Positions 28,268 to 38,950 are shown, counted from the first letter of the stretch. The stretch is DNA of 64,000 nucleotides from Candidatus Bathyarchaeota archaeon (GCA_963826715.1 CAWGYA010000008.1:1-64000), one strand, 5' to 3'. Notes: a model not told the origin generated them from the sequence alone. Translations and numbers: made by a program.

Positions 28268-30877
28268 TTATGGACGTCTTCTTAGCACAAGTATTGTAAT
28301 AGCAAAACCAATTGCGACTACAAGGATTATCGCTATGATTCCTGGGAGTATGTATGTGTCAGCCATTGAATTGATTGGTGTGTCGGTTGGTGCGGTTGTT
28401 GCTGCCGGGTCAACGTTGAATGCTGTTATTGCATGTGATGGCCAGTAAGCTTCGCTGCCGCCAAATGATGCATAGAGTGTGTATTTTCCTTCAATGTCGG
28501 GCATCCAGCTAAAACTATAGAATCCATCAGCATCGCTTGTGGTAGAACCGATGTCTCTGTAGTTGCCGTTTGCATCGACAACACTGAATGTAACTGGAAC
28601 ACCAGATGCTGTTGTTGGACGTGGACCTTGCATGTATACGTAACGCATCCAATCGCTCATGCTGTCATCAGATACTGCTGGTACCCCATTGGGGAATCGG
28701 GCTGATTGTTCATTCTGATTGGTTCCTGCTGCGGTGTCAGTAACAGTGCCTTCTATGAGCACGCTACTGCTTAATGTGGTTACTTTCGGTGATGCAGTAA
28801 CAGTCATTGCACTTGGTCCTCTGCCTACGCTGTAAATCTGGTTATCATAGCTGTTAAACCAGGTTGCAAAACCATCTGCAATGGCATAGTTCATCTCATT
28901 GAATTCGGCCACGTTGCTTGAAAGTGTCCATATCTCTTCGCCAGTAGTTGCGTTGATTGCACGACATAATGCACCTTTGTAAATTGGTGTTTGAATAGTG
29001 TGTTCAGTTGTAACAGTGTATAGGATTCCGTTGGCAATTGCGTTAATTGAGGTTGGATAATGACCGGGCACAGCGAAACCACTGTTGGTGCTGTTGCCGG
29101 CTCCATCGTTGCCATAGCTCCATTTTAGGTCTCCAGTTAATGCATCATAGCAGAATATTATTCCGCCATAGCCACTAGCATAGACATTACCATAGGCAAT
29201 GAAAGAGAATACTTGTTCGTGCCCTGGGTTTCCATAATAATCAAGGCTTGGTTGGTCACCAACTGGTCCCCACATTCTGTCACCAGTTCTCAAGTTGTAA
29301 GCCACCCACTGATTGGTCTCCTTCATTTTTTCAACAAAGATACCAAGTTCAGCGCTAGATCCACCTTGTATGACAGTAATGTTTGCGATTGCTGGAGTGT
29401 AGGTTTTCATCCAGAGTATTTGACCTATATGACCGTTAGAGGCATTGAGGTTGACTGCAAAGTAGGTGTATGGATCTTGGATTACTGGGTTACCACCGAA
29501 ACCTGTGAAGCCACTGTTAGGCAAAGTTCCGTTATAACATAGCATAATGTCGTTGTACCAAGCCGCGACCACGGTTGGATTGTTTGGCATCGTGTTGCGC
29601 CATGGTATAGAAACGTTCCAGTTGTAATAGTTTGGTGTGCTTACATCAAATTCTCCTGTTTGCACTGGTCGGATTCCTCCGTTATATTGGAAGAAGGCCA
29701 AAGATGAGTTCCATTCACGAAGGATATAGTCAGGGTTTGTTGAGTTTCCTTGGTTGTAAATCACGTATGTCATGTATTCCCCGTTTGTACCCATAGCTTT
29801 TGCTCCTGATGGTACATTGGTGAAGTTGAACATTGAGACGCCTGTGTCGCCATCATAAACCCGCCAGGTACTTCCAGAAGTTTGAACCAACATTGGTTGA
29901 GCAACTCCGTGCTGTTGGGGGTTATGAATCGCTTCTATGTAGCCGAAAGATGGTCTAGCTATGGCTTGATTTGACCAAAGAACTTCTCCTGTTCGCAAGT
30001 CAACACAATTAGTTGGACCTCCTGCAGCCTGCTGGAATCCTACAGGTGATGTATAGTAGAGTTTTCCATCCATAATGATTGGGTTTACGAATCTGTTAAG
30101 GTATGCTGAACCATCGAAATATGTGTCTGATTGAATGACGAAGTGGTTTCCTCCGACAACTCCTCCAGCATCAATTGGTTTTGTCCACATGATGTGAGAA
30201 GTTCGAGGACCAACGCCATCTGGATTGTAAACTCTGTTTTTAGTATTAACGAACATAGGAGATCCGCTGCCGAGCCAATCAGATGCAATCACCCATGAGT
30301 CTGTGTTTTCACCGTATATTGGACGTGTCCAGTACTCGGTTGGAAGTGGATAGCTGCCTAAAGTGGGTATTGAATCTTCTTGGACGGTTAAGGTTGCTTC
30401 TGCACTGCTTGGTAGGAAGGTATCATTTACATATGCCGAATTTGGGTTGTGGCTGTATGTGTTGTAGTCTTGTCCTGGAAATTCAAACAAGAGTTTGTAT
30501 TCGCCAACCATGTCTGGGGTATAGGAGTAGCTTTGCGATGACGTTGTGTCCATGATAGTTTCAAAGGTATGGACTTCAGTTGTATTGTCCGGTTTGGTAA
30601 TTGTTAATTTGTAGTTGTGGAATCTCCAATCATTTGTTAGAGCTGTATCGGTGCCAAAGGTTTTGTCGATCCACATGTAGATATATGTTGATTGACCCAC
30701 ACCTACAGGATCAATCACAGGTTGAACAAAGGCCCAAGTTGGAATTTGCCATGCAGGAGTATGCGCACTAGTAGAAGGTAAAAGAATCATTGATGCTCCC
30801 ATAGAAATTACTAGAAATAACGAAATCAAAGTAGCTAATTTTTTAAAGTTTATTGATGTTATTTTTATTTTCCTCAT
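28268..30877 (-). CDS. PQQ-binding-like beta-propeller surface protein
   Basis: Signal peptide; propeller repeats (VDLRTGEVLW, YDALTGDLKW, INATTGEEIW); Ig-like C-terminal domain; TM helix plus RRRP anchor. Confidence 0.85.
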   Translation of the reverse strand: MRKIKITSINFKKLATLISLFLVISMGASMILLPSTSAHTPAWQIPTWAFVQPVIDPVGVGQSTYIYMWIDKTFGTDTALTNDWRFHNYKLTITKPDNTTEVHTFETIMDTTSSQSYSYTPDMVGEYKLLFEFPGQDYNTYSHNPNSAYVNDTFLPSSAEATLTVQEDSIPTLGSYPLPTEYWTRPIYGENTDSWVIASDWLGSGSPMFVNTKNRVYNPDGVGPRTSHIMWTKPIDAGGVVGGNHFVIQSDTYFDGSAYLNRFVNPIIMDGKLYYTSPVGFQQAAGGPTNCVDLRTGEVLWSNQAIARPSFGYIEAIHNPQQHGVAQPMLVQTSGSTWRVYDGDTGVSMFNFTNVPSGAKAMGTNGEYMTYVIYNQGNSTNPDYILREWNSSLAFFQYNGGIRPVQTGEFDVSTPNYYNWNVSIPWRNTMPNNPTVVAAWYNDIMLCYNGTLPNSGFTGFGGNPVIQDPYTYFAVNLNASNGHIGQILWMKTYTPAIANITVIQGGSSAELGIFVEKMKETNQWVAYNLRTGDRMWGPVGDQPSLDYYGNPGHEQVFSFIAYGNVYASGYGGIIFCYDALTGDLKWSYGNDGAGNSTNSGFAVPGHYPTSINAIANGILYTVTTEHTIQTPIYKGALCRAINATTGEEIWTLSSNVAEFNEMNYAIADGFATWFNSYDNQIYSVGRGPSAMTVTASPKVTTLSSSVLIEGTVTDTAAGTNQNEQSARFPNGVPAVSDDSMSDWMRYVYMQGPRPTTASGVPVTFSVVDANGNYRDIGSTTSDADGFYSFSWMPDIEGKYTLYASFGGSEAYWPSHAITAFNVDPAATTAPTDTPINSMADTYILPGIIAIILVVAIGFAITILVLRRRP

Positions 30878-30954
30878 TTTGTTTTTAAACGAAGACTATT
30901 TTAAAAAAATCATCGTTCAAAACATTTTAGTCTTCTAATAATTTAAAATAAAGC

Positions 30955-30971
30955 CGTAAGTCCAACTTACG
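30955..30971. promoter_or_regulatory. Perfect 7-3-7 palindrome CGTAAGT-CCA-ACTTACG, candidate TrmB-family operator
   Basis: Lies in the 160-bp spacer between the divergent beta-propeller and TrmB genes, next to a TATA-like element at ~30941-30950. Confidence 0.6.
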
Positions 30972-31037
30972 ACAAAGAATTAAGAAGTAGTCTTATCTTT
31001 TAAAAATTTAAAAGCCCAAAAGATCAATTATAATATT

Positions 31038-31856
31038 ATGGATCTATCGTTTGAAGTGGACGACTTTACGCTTCTCTCGGATTTGGGTCTTAGCCGAATC
31101 CAAGCAAAAATTTACTTGGCTTTACTCAAATTAGGCATAGACTCAAAAGCCGTTTCTATCTTCAAATATTCAGGAGTTGCAAGGCAAGATGTATACAGAG
31201 TACTGTGCGAGCTACAGCAAATAGGGATCGTTGAAAAAATTATCAGCAAACCCGTTCGGTTCAGAGCCATTGAACCAAAAAAAGCAGTAGCCCTTCTACT
31301 AGAAAAAAAGAAGAACACTTTCACTGATCTTAACAAGAAAGCGGAAATCTTTGTCCAACGAGCAACAGTTATTCACGCAAAAAAATATTTTTCACATGAA
31401 AAAGATAGTCTCCTCTTAATTTCTGAGAAACACGCACTTATAAAAAAATGTCAAGAAGAAATTGAGAAGGTAACAAAAAGTGTTGAGATAATATCCCCAA
31501 GCAAAGAGTTTACAAAGTGGGTAACTACTCTAAATGAAGCTTTTGGATTAGCAAAATCAAGAGGAGTCCAGATTAGATGGCTTATAGACAAACCTCTTGA
31601 CCAGGAATTAAAAACAATCCAATATTTAGTAAGCGAAAATCCAGCCTTCAACATAAAATACACCGAGAAAAATCTCCAGGTTAAATTTGGAATTTATGAT
31701 GGAAAAACATCCATTTGTTCAATTTTTAAAGAGGGAGACTTTGCAGAAACGCCAGTTTTGTGGTCAAACAGCACTATGATAATTGAACTAGCCAAAAGCT
31801 ACTTTGAATCGCACTGGAACAAAGCAATACAACTAACCCCACAAAACAAATGTTGA
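31038..31856 (+). CDS. TrmB family transcriptional regulator
   Basis: N-terminal wHTH (LGLSRIQAKIYLALL...RQDVYRVL...PVRFRAI) and a C-terminal effector/PLD-like domain (YFESHW). Confidence 0.88.
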   Translation: MDLSFEVDDFTLLSDLGLSRIQAKIYLALLKLGIDSKAVSIFKYSGVARQDVYRVLCELQQIGIVEKIISKPVRFRAIEPKKAVALLLEKKKNTFTDLNKKAEIFVQRATVIHAKKYFSHEKDSLLLISEKHALIKKCQEEIEKVTKSVEIISPSKEFTKWVTTLNEAFGLAKSRGVQIRWLIDKPLDQELKTIQYLVSENPAFNIKYTEKNLQVKFGIYDGKTSICSIFKEGDFAETPVLWSNSTMIIELAKSYFESHWNKAIQLTPQNKC

Positions 31857-32170
31857 CGAACCCGTATTCGATACTATTTCTAGAAGAAGACAGTCTGAAT
31901 TATTGTAAGTATATTTTAGCGATGACAAATCTGGGACACTAGTTAAATGCCTTTTAATTGAGCATTAATCACAGAAGCTTCCATTTGAGTCTTTATACAA
32001 TTCTTACTAGAAGCGGCACAGAAATTTCAGCTTTGACCGATGCAGAAATTGCTCAATTTTTCGGACATATCTATACATTTCTTGCCGTCGGTGCAATATC
32101 ACTTTTTGGATGCAGTATTTGTTTAAGCCAGAGAAAAGTAACATCAATTTAGATCCGAGTATTCGTTGAG

Positions 32171-32511
32171 TTGGTTGCGTACCCAACCTTTATTTTCAAT
32201 CAGGAAAATCTCACAATAAAGCTCGGAGTTAACAAAGCAACAACAGCTAGAGCTATCTCCAAAACTTTGCAATCAGTTTATGTAACTAGAAAAAGAGATG
32301 AAAAAAGACAAAAGAGCCTACAAGATATACTTGACAAAAAAAGGTCAAGAGATAACACCTAAACTAATAAGAATCTCCCATCAACTAAACCCAAACGCTT
32401 ACAAAGATCTTAACAGAAAATGAAAAGGCATCTGTAAAGCAATTGCTTGAAAAGATGAACCGGAACATTTCAGCTGTAAATGAAAAAACTGGAAAGCCAT
32501 CAAATGAGTGA
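32171..32511 (+). pseudogene. MarR family regulator, multiply frameshifted
   Basis: Joining frames at ~32301 and ~32391 gives NQENLTIKLGVNKATTARAI...YVTRKRDEKDKRAYKIYLTKKGQEI...LTENEKASVKQLLEKM...NE*. The stop at 32509-32511 overlaps the MFS start. N-terminus not recoverable; it may lie near 31958. Confidence 0.8.
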
Positions 32512-33682
32512 AGCATCTAAGAAAAACTCATTATTCATAATTTTAGCAGCTGGAACATTAGCTGTCATGGCAGGTTCAATCATTTCACCAATTATTAGTT
32601 TGATGCAAGGAAATCTACAAGGCGCGGATGAAAACAACATCCGATTCGTTATAACCACTCACGCCCTATTTATCGCAGTTTTTAGTCCAATTTTTGGAAT
32701 AATTATTGATAAAATCGGCGCCAAAAAACCATTCGCACTTGGCCTAATACTCTACGGTATTGCAGGAGCATCAGGGTATTTCATAACAGACATAACAACA
32801 ATGATATTTAGCCGGGCTATTCTAGGAATAGCTGTAGCTGCAATAGCAAATCCACTTGTTGTATTAATTTTAAATGTCTACAAAGGAGAAGAATGTAGCA
32901 AAATCATGGGCTGGCAAGCTAGCGCAGCTTCACTAGGAGGAATCATCTGGCCTCTTCTTGGAGGCGCATTAGGACTATTAGCATGGAATTTACCATTCGG
33001 CATCTATTTAGTCGGCATCCCCGTCGGTTTACTCGCATGGCTCACGATACCAAATGCCGTCAACAAAAGAAAAACTGAAAACAAAGCGACCGACACTATT
33101 TCAGTACTCCAAACGATTAAACAAAAACCATTCATTTTTGCAGTTTATGGTCTGGGGTTATGGATGATGGTTTTACTATACACAAATGTCACGTTCATCC
33201 CCCAATTATTGAATGGAACTTTTGCTATCAATAACAGCTTAATCATAAGCGCATTTATTTGCGCTATGGGTGGCGCTGCATCAATAAGCGCTTTTATGTA
33301 CAAAAAGATAAAAAATAAATTTTCATATAACACCATTGCGTTAGTTGGGCTCAGCTTATGGGCTTTCGGCTTGATTTTCTTATCTCAAACAATAAGCCTG
33401 CTAACTGTGTTAGTAACGCTGATACTTTTTGGGATTGGGCAAGGAATAATCATGCCCACCGTAAATCTATGGGTAGGCGAACTTACAAAAACATGCGTCC
33501 GCGGCAGAATGATATCTTATCTAACAACCTTTCTTTTTTTAGGTCAATTTTTGCCCCCGATAATATTTAACCCAATTTTTTCGGCTCTTAGTTTTAAGGG
33601 AGTATTTTTAATTGCAGGGGCAACAAGCATTATCTTGGCAGGACTATTTCTTGCTAATTGGAGAAAAAATATTAAAAGATAG
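32504..33682 (+). CDS. MFS transporter (drug/metabolite efflux type)
   Basis: 12 hydrophobic segments, motif A GIIIDKIGAK, and SRAILGI. Start placed at ATG 32504, coupled to the MarR stop; the ORF track gives 32480. Confidence 0.92.
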   Translation: MSEASKKNSLFIILAAGTLAVMAGSIISPIISLMQGNLQGADENNIRFVITTHALFIAVFSPIFGIIIDKIGAKKPFALGLILYGIAGASGYFITDITTMIFSRAILGIAVAAIANPLVVLILNVYKGEECSKIMGWQASAASLGGIIWPLLGGALGLLAWNLPFGIYLVGIPVGLLAWLTIPNAVNKRKTENKATDTISVLQTIKQKPFIFAVYGLGLWMMVLLYTNVTFIPQLLNGTFAINNSLIISAFICAMGGAASISAFMYKKIKNKFSYNTIALVGLSLWAFGLIFLSQTISLLTVLVTLILFGIGQGIIMPTVNLWVGELTKTCVRGRMISYLTTFLFLGQFLPPIIFNPIFSALSFKGVFLIAGATSIILAGLFLANWRKNIKR

Positions 33683-33856
33683 TAAATGGGTCCATCAAAC
33701 CTAACATTTGAATAAATAACTACTCGAAACAGAAAAAAAAGACTTCAATCACGAAGAGTTAACAAAAAATTCAACAAAGATTTTAAATAAGATGTTGTTG
33801 AATTTGCGTTTTTAAAAAATAGTACTTATAAGCCAAATATTACGAGAGTTTATTAT

Positions 33857-34249
33857 ATGCTGACTTTCAAGAGGCGCAGAGGAACCGCCATTGTTGATAC
33901 TCCAAAAGGCATTCTTGTAGTTAGTCATAACAATCGTACGTTCTATTTACCCGGAGGCGGCGCAGAAAAAGGAGAGACCCGAAGAGATGCTACAATAAGA
34001 GAATTACAAGAAGAAACTAATCTACAAACACTCACATGCAAATTTCTCTTTGAATATGAGTCATTTACCAACAGCCACAAAGTCTTCTTAATAGAAAGCA
34101 GCGGCATTGCTAAACCAAGCAATGAAATTCAATACATTAACTTCTTCAATGGCTCTAACATAAAAATTTCAAACACTGCATGGGAAATACTTGAACAATA
34201 CCGGGCAGCCAAATTATCCAAATCCAATCTGGGTAAAACCCAACCCTAA
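33857..34249 (+). CDS. NUDIX hydrolase
   Basis: Nudix box GGGAEKGETRRDATIRELQEETNL. Confidence 0.92.
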   Translation: MLTFKRRRGTAIVDTPKGILVVSHNNRTFYLPGGGAEKGETRRDATIRELQEETNLQTLTCKFLFEYESFTNSHKVFLIESSGIAKPSNEIQYINFFNGSNIKISNTAWEILEQYRAAKLSKSNLGKTQP

Positions 34250-34315
34250 AAAGTCAAGTTCGTTACATATCAGGTAATGGATGGTTTACCAAACTCGAAG
34301 GCAAAACTAAAAGCT

Positions 34316-35002
34316 CTAACTTACTCCTTGAGTATTTGTCAACTTTGCATCTTTTAGAGTGTAGTCAGCAGAAACAGGCAATTTTTCACACATGTCAGTG
34401 GTCGACATAACAATCGTGACATTCTGATCCTTATTAATTTTAACAAGTAAATCCATAAGAAGTTGAGTATTCTCATCATCAATGCTCGATGTAGGCTCAT
34501 CAGCTATGATTAACTTGGGTTTGTTAGCAAGAGCTCTGATGACGGCGATACGCTGCTTTTCCCCTCCTGACAGGTTGTCTGGAAACCTATCAATCAAATG
34601 GCTCAACCCGAAATAATCAACAAGCTCTGATATCCTTTGCTTTCGCTCAACTTTCTTAACTGAAGCAAGAGCCAATGGTAACTCTATATTTTCTTGAACA
34701 GTCAATGAAGGAAGCAAATTAAAGAACTGAAATACCAAACCGATATTTCGCAATCTAAGCTCAGACATTTGGCCATCATCTAATTTTGCAAGACCTTGCC
34801 CAAAAAGTTCAACAGTTCCTCTATCAGGCTTTTCTAAACAGCCTATAATCTTAAGCAAAGTAGATTTACCTACCCCCGACTTTCCCCTTATCGAAACGAA
34901 CTCTCCTTCCTTAACAGACAAGTTTACTCCACTGAGAATTTGAGTAGAACCAAAGTCTTTCTGTACACCGACCAATTCAATTACACTATTTTTGCTTTGC
35001 AT
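34316..35002 (-). CDS. ABC transporter ATP-binding subunit (LolD/MacB type)
   Basis: GKSGVGKS, LSGGEKQR and ADEPT. The H-loop His is replaced (STTD). Confidence 0.93.
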   Translation of the reverse strand: MQSKNSVIELVGVQKDFGSTQILSGVNLSVKEGEFVSIRGKSGVGKSTLLKIIGCLEKPDRGTVELFGQGLAKLDDGQMSELRLRNIGLVFQFFNLLPSLTVQENIELPLALASVKKVERKQRISELVDYFGLSHLIDRFPDNLSGGEKQRIAVIRALANKPKLIIADEPTSSIDDENTQLLMDLLVKINKDQNVTIVMSTTDMCEKLPVSADYTLKDAKLTNTQGVS

Positions 35003-36599
35003 AGATGGAAACCTCAGTATTTACAAAGATACAATTGTAATCAGTAAGCCTATCTGTCCAGTTGGCAGGTAACAGCACAGGGGAACCGCCATACAGGACA
35101 TACCCATTTTGATACATTTGACTATAAATATATAGTAATTCCGGCGGTGAACCGTCTTCGCCTAAATAATTAATCCCCTGTGTAACACTCACACTTTTAT
35201 CAAAATAACCCTTAACCAAATAAGAGACCTTAGCATCACCTGCAATCGATTGATTGTTCGAATTTGTTATTAACCAGTTAGAAGCTGAAAATTCAGAGGG
35301 CTCGTAGCGCCAAAAATAACCAAGATAAGGTTCCTGCAAAGACACCGTGGCATAAACAGTAAATGTGCCCACAGTCACCATTGACACAATAACCACCACC
35401 GCCAAAACAGAAGTTATTCGACGGATATCTAAATTCCGCGGCTTACTGAAAAAAATATAGAGCCCAATTGCAACAAGAATCATCAATGGGGGAACCACAA
35501 AGTTCACTGAACGATAAACTAAACTTATTCCACCTGAAGGATTCCCGAAAACCGCATACAATGTAAAAGAGAATATCCCCATCACCCAAAAAAGAGGAAA
35601 TAGAAGCTTTGATTCCCTCCGGTACAACCCCCTTAACCCAAAAATGCAAAGAGGCAATCCTATGATAAAGGGCAAAGCATACAAGAAATAACTAACAGGT
35701 AGAGTTGGGGCACCTGGAAAAAGAGAAACCTGAGTAACCAAAAAGGTCATCAAGAAAATAACTACAAACCCCATAGCAGACTTTATGAGCGTTCTTTTCA
35801 TGGAAGAATTCTTTGCTGAATAAGCCAGATACACCACAAGCGAAATCACAAGAATCTGATAGGTAGCAACCGAAACAAGACTTTCCGAAGTTATAGTCTG
35901 CATAAACGAAGGCGAAGCAAAGAGCAGAAAATAGAGTCCAGTTATTCCTCCGAAAACTGAGAGAAATAATAGATTTGACTGACCTGAATTTTCATTCCCA
36001 ATATTTTCTTTCTTGATAACAAACGAAGCAACCGTTAAACTAGCAATTATGCCCAGCACCAAAAACGACGTCAAATGATGAGTTAAAGCTAATGACACAG
36101 AGAGAATAGAGAACAAAAGCATTGTCTTCCAGGTATGCTTAAGCAAAAAGACAAGGATCAACGAAATGTAAATTGGGCTTGCAAACGTCTCCTTAGTCAC
36201 CCCAGCTGTAAATAAAGCATATGGAAAAACAGTAGCTAACAAAGTGGCAGCAATAACAGAAACAGCACTATTCTGAGTTATTCTTTTAACTAAAAAGTAG
36301 AATATCGGAATCGCTAAAGATGCGACTATAGGTATACCCAAAGCCATGGCTGAAATCGCCGGAAGCGCAAAAACTTCGGACATAACAACCCCAAACACTT
36401 GACTAGCCGGCCAAAAATTGTTATAACCCTCAAACAAAGCGCTGTTAAGTGGCACCGGAGTGTTCGCTGTCAGTAACTCGGTGTTTCTTATCAAAGGCCA
36501 AGCGTCCGTAGAAAAAGGCATCCCGCTAATCAGGGTAGGAAAAAGCCTAATAGCCAATGCAATAGCCAAAGGAATCAGTATATAGAGAACCTTTCTCAT
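34986..36599 (-). CDS. Polytopic membrane protein, DUF2206/DUF6541-like (GT-C fold suspected)
   Basis: About 13 TM. First-loop Asp (FSTDAW), YNNFWP, KETFA, LTHHLT, and a C-terminal extracellular domain (EFSASNWL). Confidence 0.7.
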   Translation of the reverse strand: MRKVLYILIPLAIALAIRLFPTLISGMPFSTDAWPLIRNTELLTANTPVPLNSALFEGYNNFWPASQVFGVVMSEVFALPAISAMALGIPIVASLAIPIFYFLVKRITQNSAVSVIAATLLATVFPYALFTAGVTKETFASPIYISLILVFLLKHTWKTMLLFSILSVSLALTHHLTSFLVLGIIASLTVASFVIKKENIGNENSGQSNLLFLSVFGGITGLYFLLFASPSFMQTITSESLVSVATYQILVISLVVYLAYSAKNSSMKRTLIKSAMGFVVIFLMTFLVTQVSLFPGAPTLPVSYFLYALPFIIGLPLCIFGLRGLYRRESKLLFPLFWVMGIFSFTLYAVFGNPSGGISLVYRSVNFVVPPLMILVAIGLYIFFSKPRNLDIRRITSVLAVVVIVSMVTVGTFTVYATVSLQEPYLGYFWRYEPSEFSASNWLITNSNNQSIAGDAKVSYLVKGYFDKSVSVTQGINYLGEDGSPPELLYIYSQMYQNGYVLYGGSPVLLPANWTDRLTDYNCIFVNTEVSIYAKQK

Positions 36600-37798
36600 C
36601 GCCGCAACTCCGTTCGGGCCATATTTACGCTAATAATTAATACAAGAAGAGCAAAATTCGCTACAATAATAAGCGGGTCAAGCTGAAAACTAATTGTGTG
36701 AGACAACACTTGAAGATAACCTATTCTCTGAAAAAGATCAATTACAACAGCACTAACAACTGTTCCCAATGCAGTCGATATCAACGCCCAACCAACCATC
36801 TTCACAGTAATATCGAGCTTTATTTTCCTATACGAGACACCAATCGATCGAATTGTGTTTATATCAGTTGCATGTTGCTCTACAAACAAAGTCGTCGCAG
36901 TTATCGCGGTTCCACTCGCAAACAAAAACACAACTATCGACAACACAATCAAAACATTCTTACTAACCCCATATTCCTCTAAATAACTCGACATAAATTC
37001 CTGCGATTGATCCACACCAACAAATTGAAGATCAATGACACCACTATCAAGCGGAATTAATGACCCAAGCTGCTGTTCTGCTTGACTAGTAGGTGAGGGC
37101 GTTGGAAATTGAGTAGGCGCTGGATTCTGTTGATTTTCAGCTAAAGCTTGAAAGAGCTGATGAACACCTGTTTGATTAACATCAAACTTGGCTCTAACAA
37201 GAGTAATTTGGTAATAATTCTCGCCCCTCAACCACTGCCCCGCATAAAGAGGAATCAAAATCTCATCGTTTAAAGCCTGCTCACTACACTCAAAGATACC
37301 CTTAACTTCCAACTGTAAATATTTTTGATGCATCACACCAAAAACTATGAAATCATCACCCGTTTTCAGATCAAGTTTCTGAGCGGCCGCTTGACCTATG
37401 ATAGCTTTATTTGCGTCATTAAGGACCAAGTCATTTCCCTCTATCATACTAAGTTGATTGATTTCAGCAAAATCTTCAGGGACTATACCTCGTACGAAAA
37501 CAGCTTCATCATTAACCACACTTGGATTAATGACCTCGGGACTTGTAGCCAAAACTCCAGTTAAGGTAGCAATTTCAGCCTCCAGGCTCGTGTAAATTAA
37601 ACCTGTATAGGGCGTAGTTGCTTTTGTGCTATAGAACACAGCGATATTTTCGCCCCCACCCACATAATTAGTAAAACCATTGTAGAACCCCGTGAAGCTG
37701 TAAGCTGTAATAGAAAAAAGCGTAGAGGTCAGTGCAAGTATCAAAATTAACACCGCGATCCGCTGCCGCCGCAAATACTTAAAACTAAGCAACCTCAA
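36596..37798 (-). CDS. FtsX/MacB-like ABC permease
   Basis: TM1, large extracellular domain (VRGI, IIG...LKTGD), then three C-terminal TM with IRSIG. Contains a Pro/Thr-rich insert. Confidence 0.88.
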   Translation of the reverse strand: MRLLSFKYLRRQRIAVLILILALTSTLFSITAYSFTGFYNGFTNYVGGGENIAVFYSTKATTPYTGLIYTSLEAEIATLTGVLATSPEVINPSVVNDEAVFVRGIVPEDFAEINQLSMIEGNDLVLNDANKAIIGQAAAQKLDLKTGDDFIVFGVMHQKYLQLEVKGIFECSEQALNDEILIPLYAGQWLRGENYYQITLVRAKFDVNQTGVHQLFQALAENQQNPAPTQFPTPSPTSQAEQQLGSLIPLDSGVIDLQFVGVDQSQEFMSSYLEEYGVSKNVLIVLSIVVFLFASGTAITATTLFVEQHATDINTIRSIGVSYRKIKLDITVKMVGWALISTALGTVVSAVVIDLFQRIGYLQVLSHTISFQLDPLIIVANFALLVLIISVNMARTELRR

Positions 37799-38937
37799 AG
37801 CGACACCTCCTCGACCATAGATTGAGTAGCCCGAACTGCCGGATAAATGGCACCCAAAAACGAGAACACCCCAGTCAACAACAAAATTTGAAGCGCTTGA
37901 ATCGGCTCAAGAAAAGGCGCCAGCAACGAATTACCCAAAAACCACCGGATACCTGTTGAAATAACCTGTGTTCCCACTAAACCTATAGCTAAACCTATAA
38001 CTGACCCAAGAAAAGCCAAAACCAAAGTATACACCAATATCAGAGTGACTATCCCATTCTTCTTGGTTCCAAAAAATCTAAGCATAAAAAGCTCATACTT
38101 CGCATCATTCAAAACCCTCAAAGCAATGACATAAGAAGCCCCCATAATTACGGCATAAACAGCTACCGACCAAACACTAATGAAATTAACAGTTTGATTG
38201 TTTATATCCTTAGCAAATGCAATCGTCTGCTGAACACCAACTATTTTTACATCAGAGGGCAAAATCTCCACAAGATCATCCAAAACCTTACTCGCCTGCC
38301 CAGAGCCATCGATCGAGAATTCAACAAAAGACACCTTCGCAGGGACTTGAGTGATATTTTGAAGAGAATCCAAAGACAAAATTAACTCAGAATCACTCTG
38401 ATCATTCATTCGCACTACTGCAGTGACGTTTAAGGGAATCTGCTGATTATTCAAAAATAGAATTAAATCGTCAGCTCTACCTAAAGAGGCCATATTCGAT
38501 AAAACAATCCCCACAACAGCCTCCGAAGCCCCCAAGCCAACCTTGCCACTTACACTGGCGTGTCTATTCTTTAAAAAAGCAGCCACATCATCAACTGCAC
38601 GTAAATTAATCGAATACACCCCAGTTTCCGTTTGTATGCGCACACTCAAAATCTGCTGAGAACAAGCATAAGACACACCGGACCGACCCTCAAATAAATT
38701 AATCAAATTCCAATCCACCCAACTATCAGTCAAAGAATTCGAACCCACACTAGTCACCAAGTAAGTCTGCCCAATAGGAGGCAAAGAAGCAAACAAAGAG
38801 GTCTCAGCATTTAGGTTATTCACCAAAGCACTCGTAGAGGATAATATTGCAATTAGAAACGCCACAGCAATTATAGCGGACGCTGTTCCCTTTTTGCGAA
38901 ACAGCACTTTAAATGCCAAAGATTGCACGCTAATCAT
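37795..38937 (-). CDS. FtsX/MacB-like ABC permease
   Basis: Same topology, with ELFMLRFFG and GAIYPAVRA. Coupled to the next gene. Confidence 0.88.
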   Translation of the reverse strand: MISVQSLAFKVLFRKKGTASAIIAVAFLIAILSSTSALVNNLNAETSLFASLPPIGQTYLVTSVGSNSLTDSWVDWNLINLFEGRSGVSYACSQQILSVRIQTETGVYSINLRAVDDVAAFLKNRHASVSGKVGLGASEAVVGIVLSNMASLGRADDLILFLNNQQIPLNVTAVVRMNDQSDSELILSLDSLQNITQVPAKVSFVEFSIDGSGQASKVLDDLVEILPSDVKIVGVQQTIAFAKDINNQTVNFISVWSVAVYAVIMGASYVIALRVLNDAKYELFMLRFFGTKKNGIVTLILVYTLVLAFLGSVIGLAIGLVGTQVISTGIRWFLGNSLLAPFLEPIQALQILLLTGVFSFLGAIYPAVRATQSMVEEVSL

Positions 38938-38950
38938 GCCTCAGCTTACT

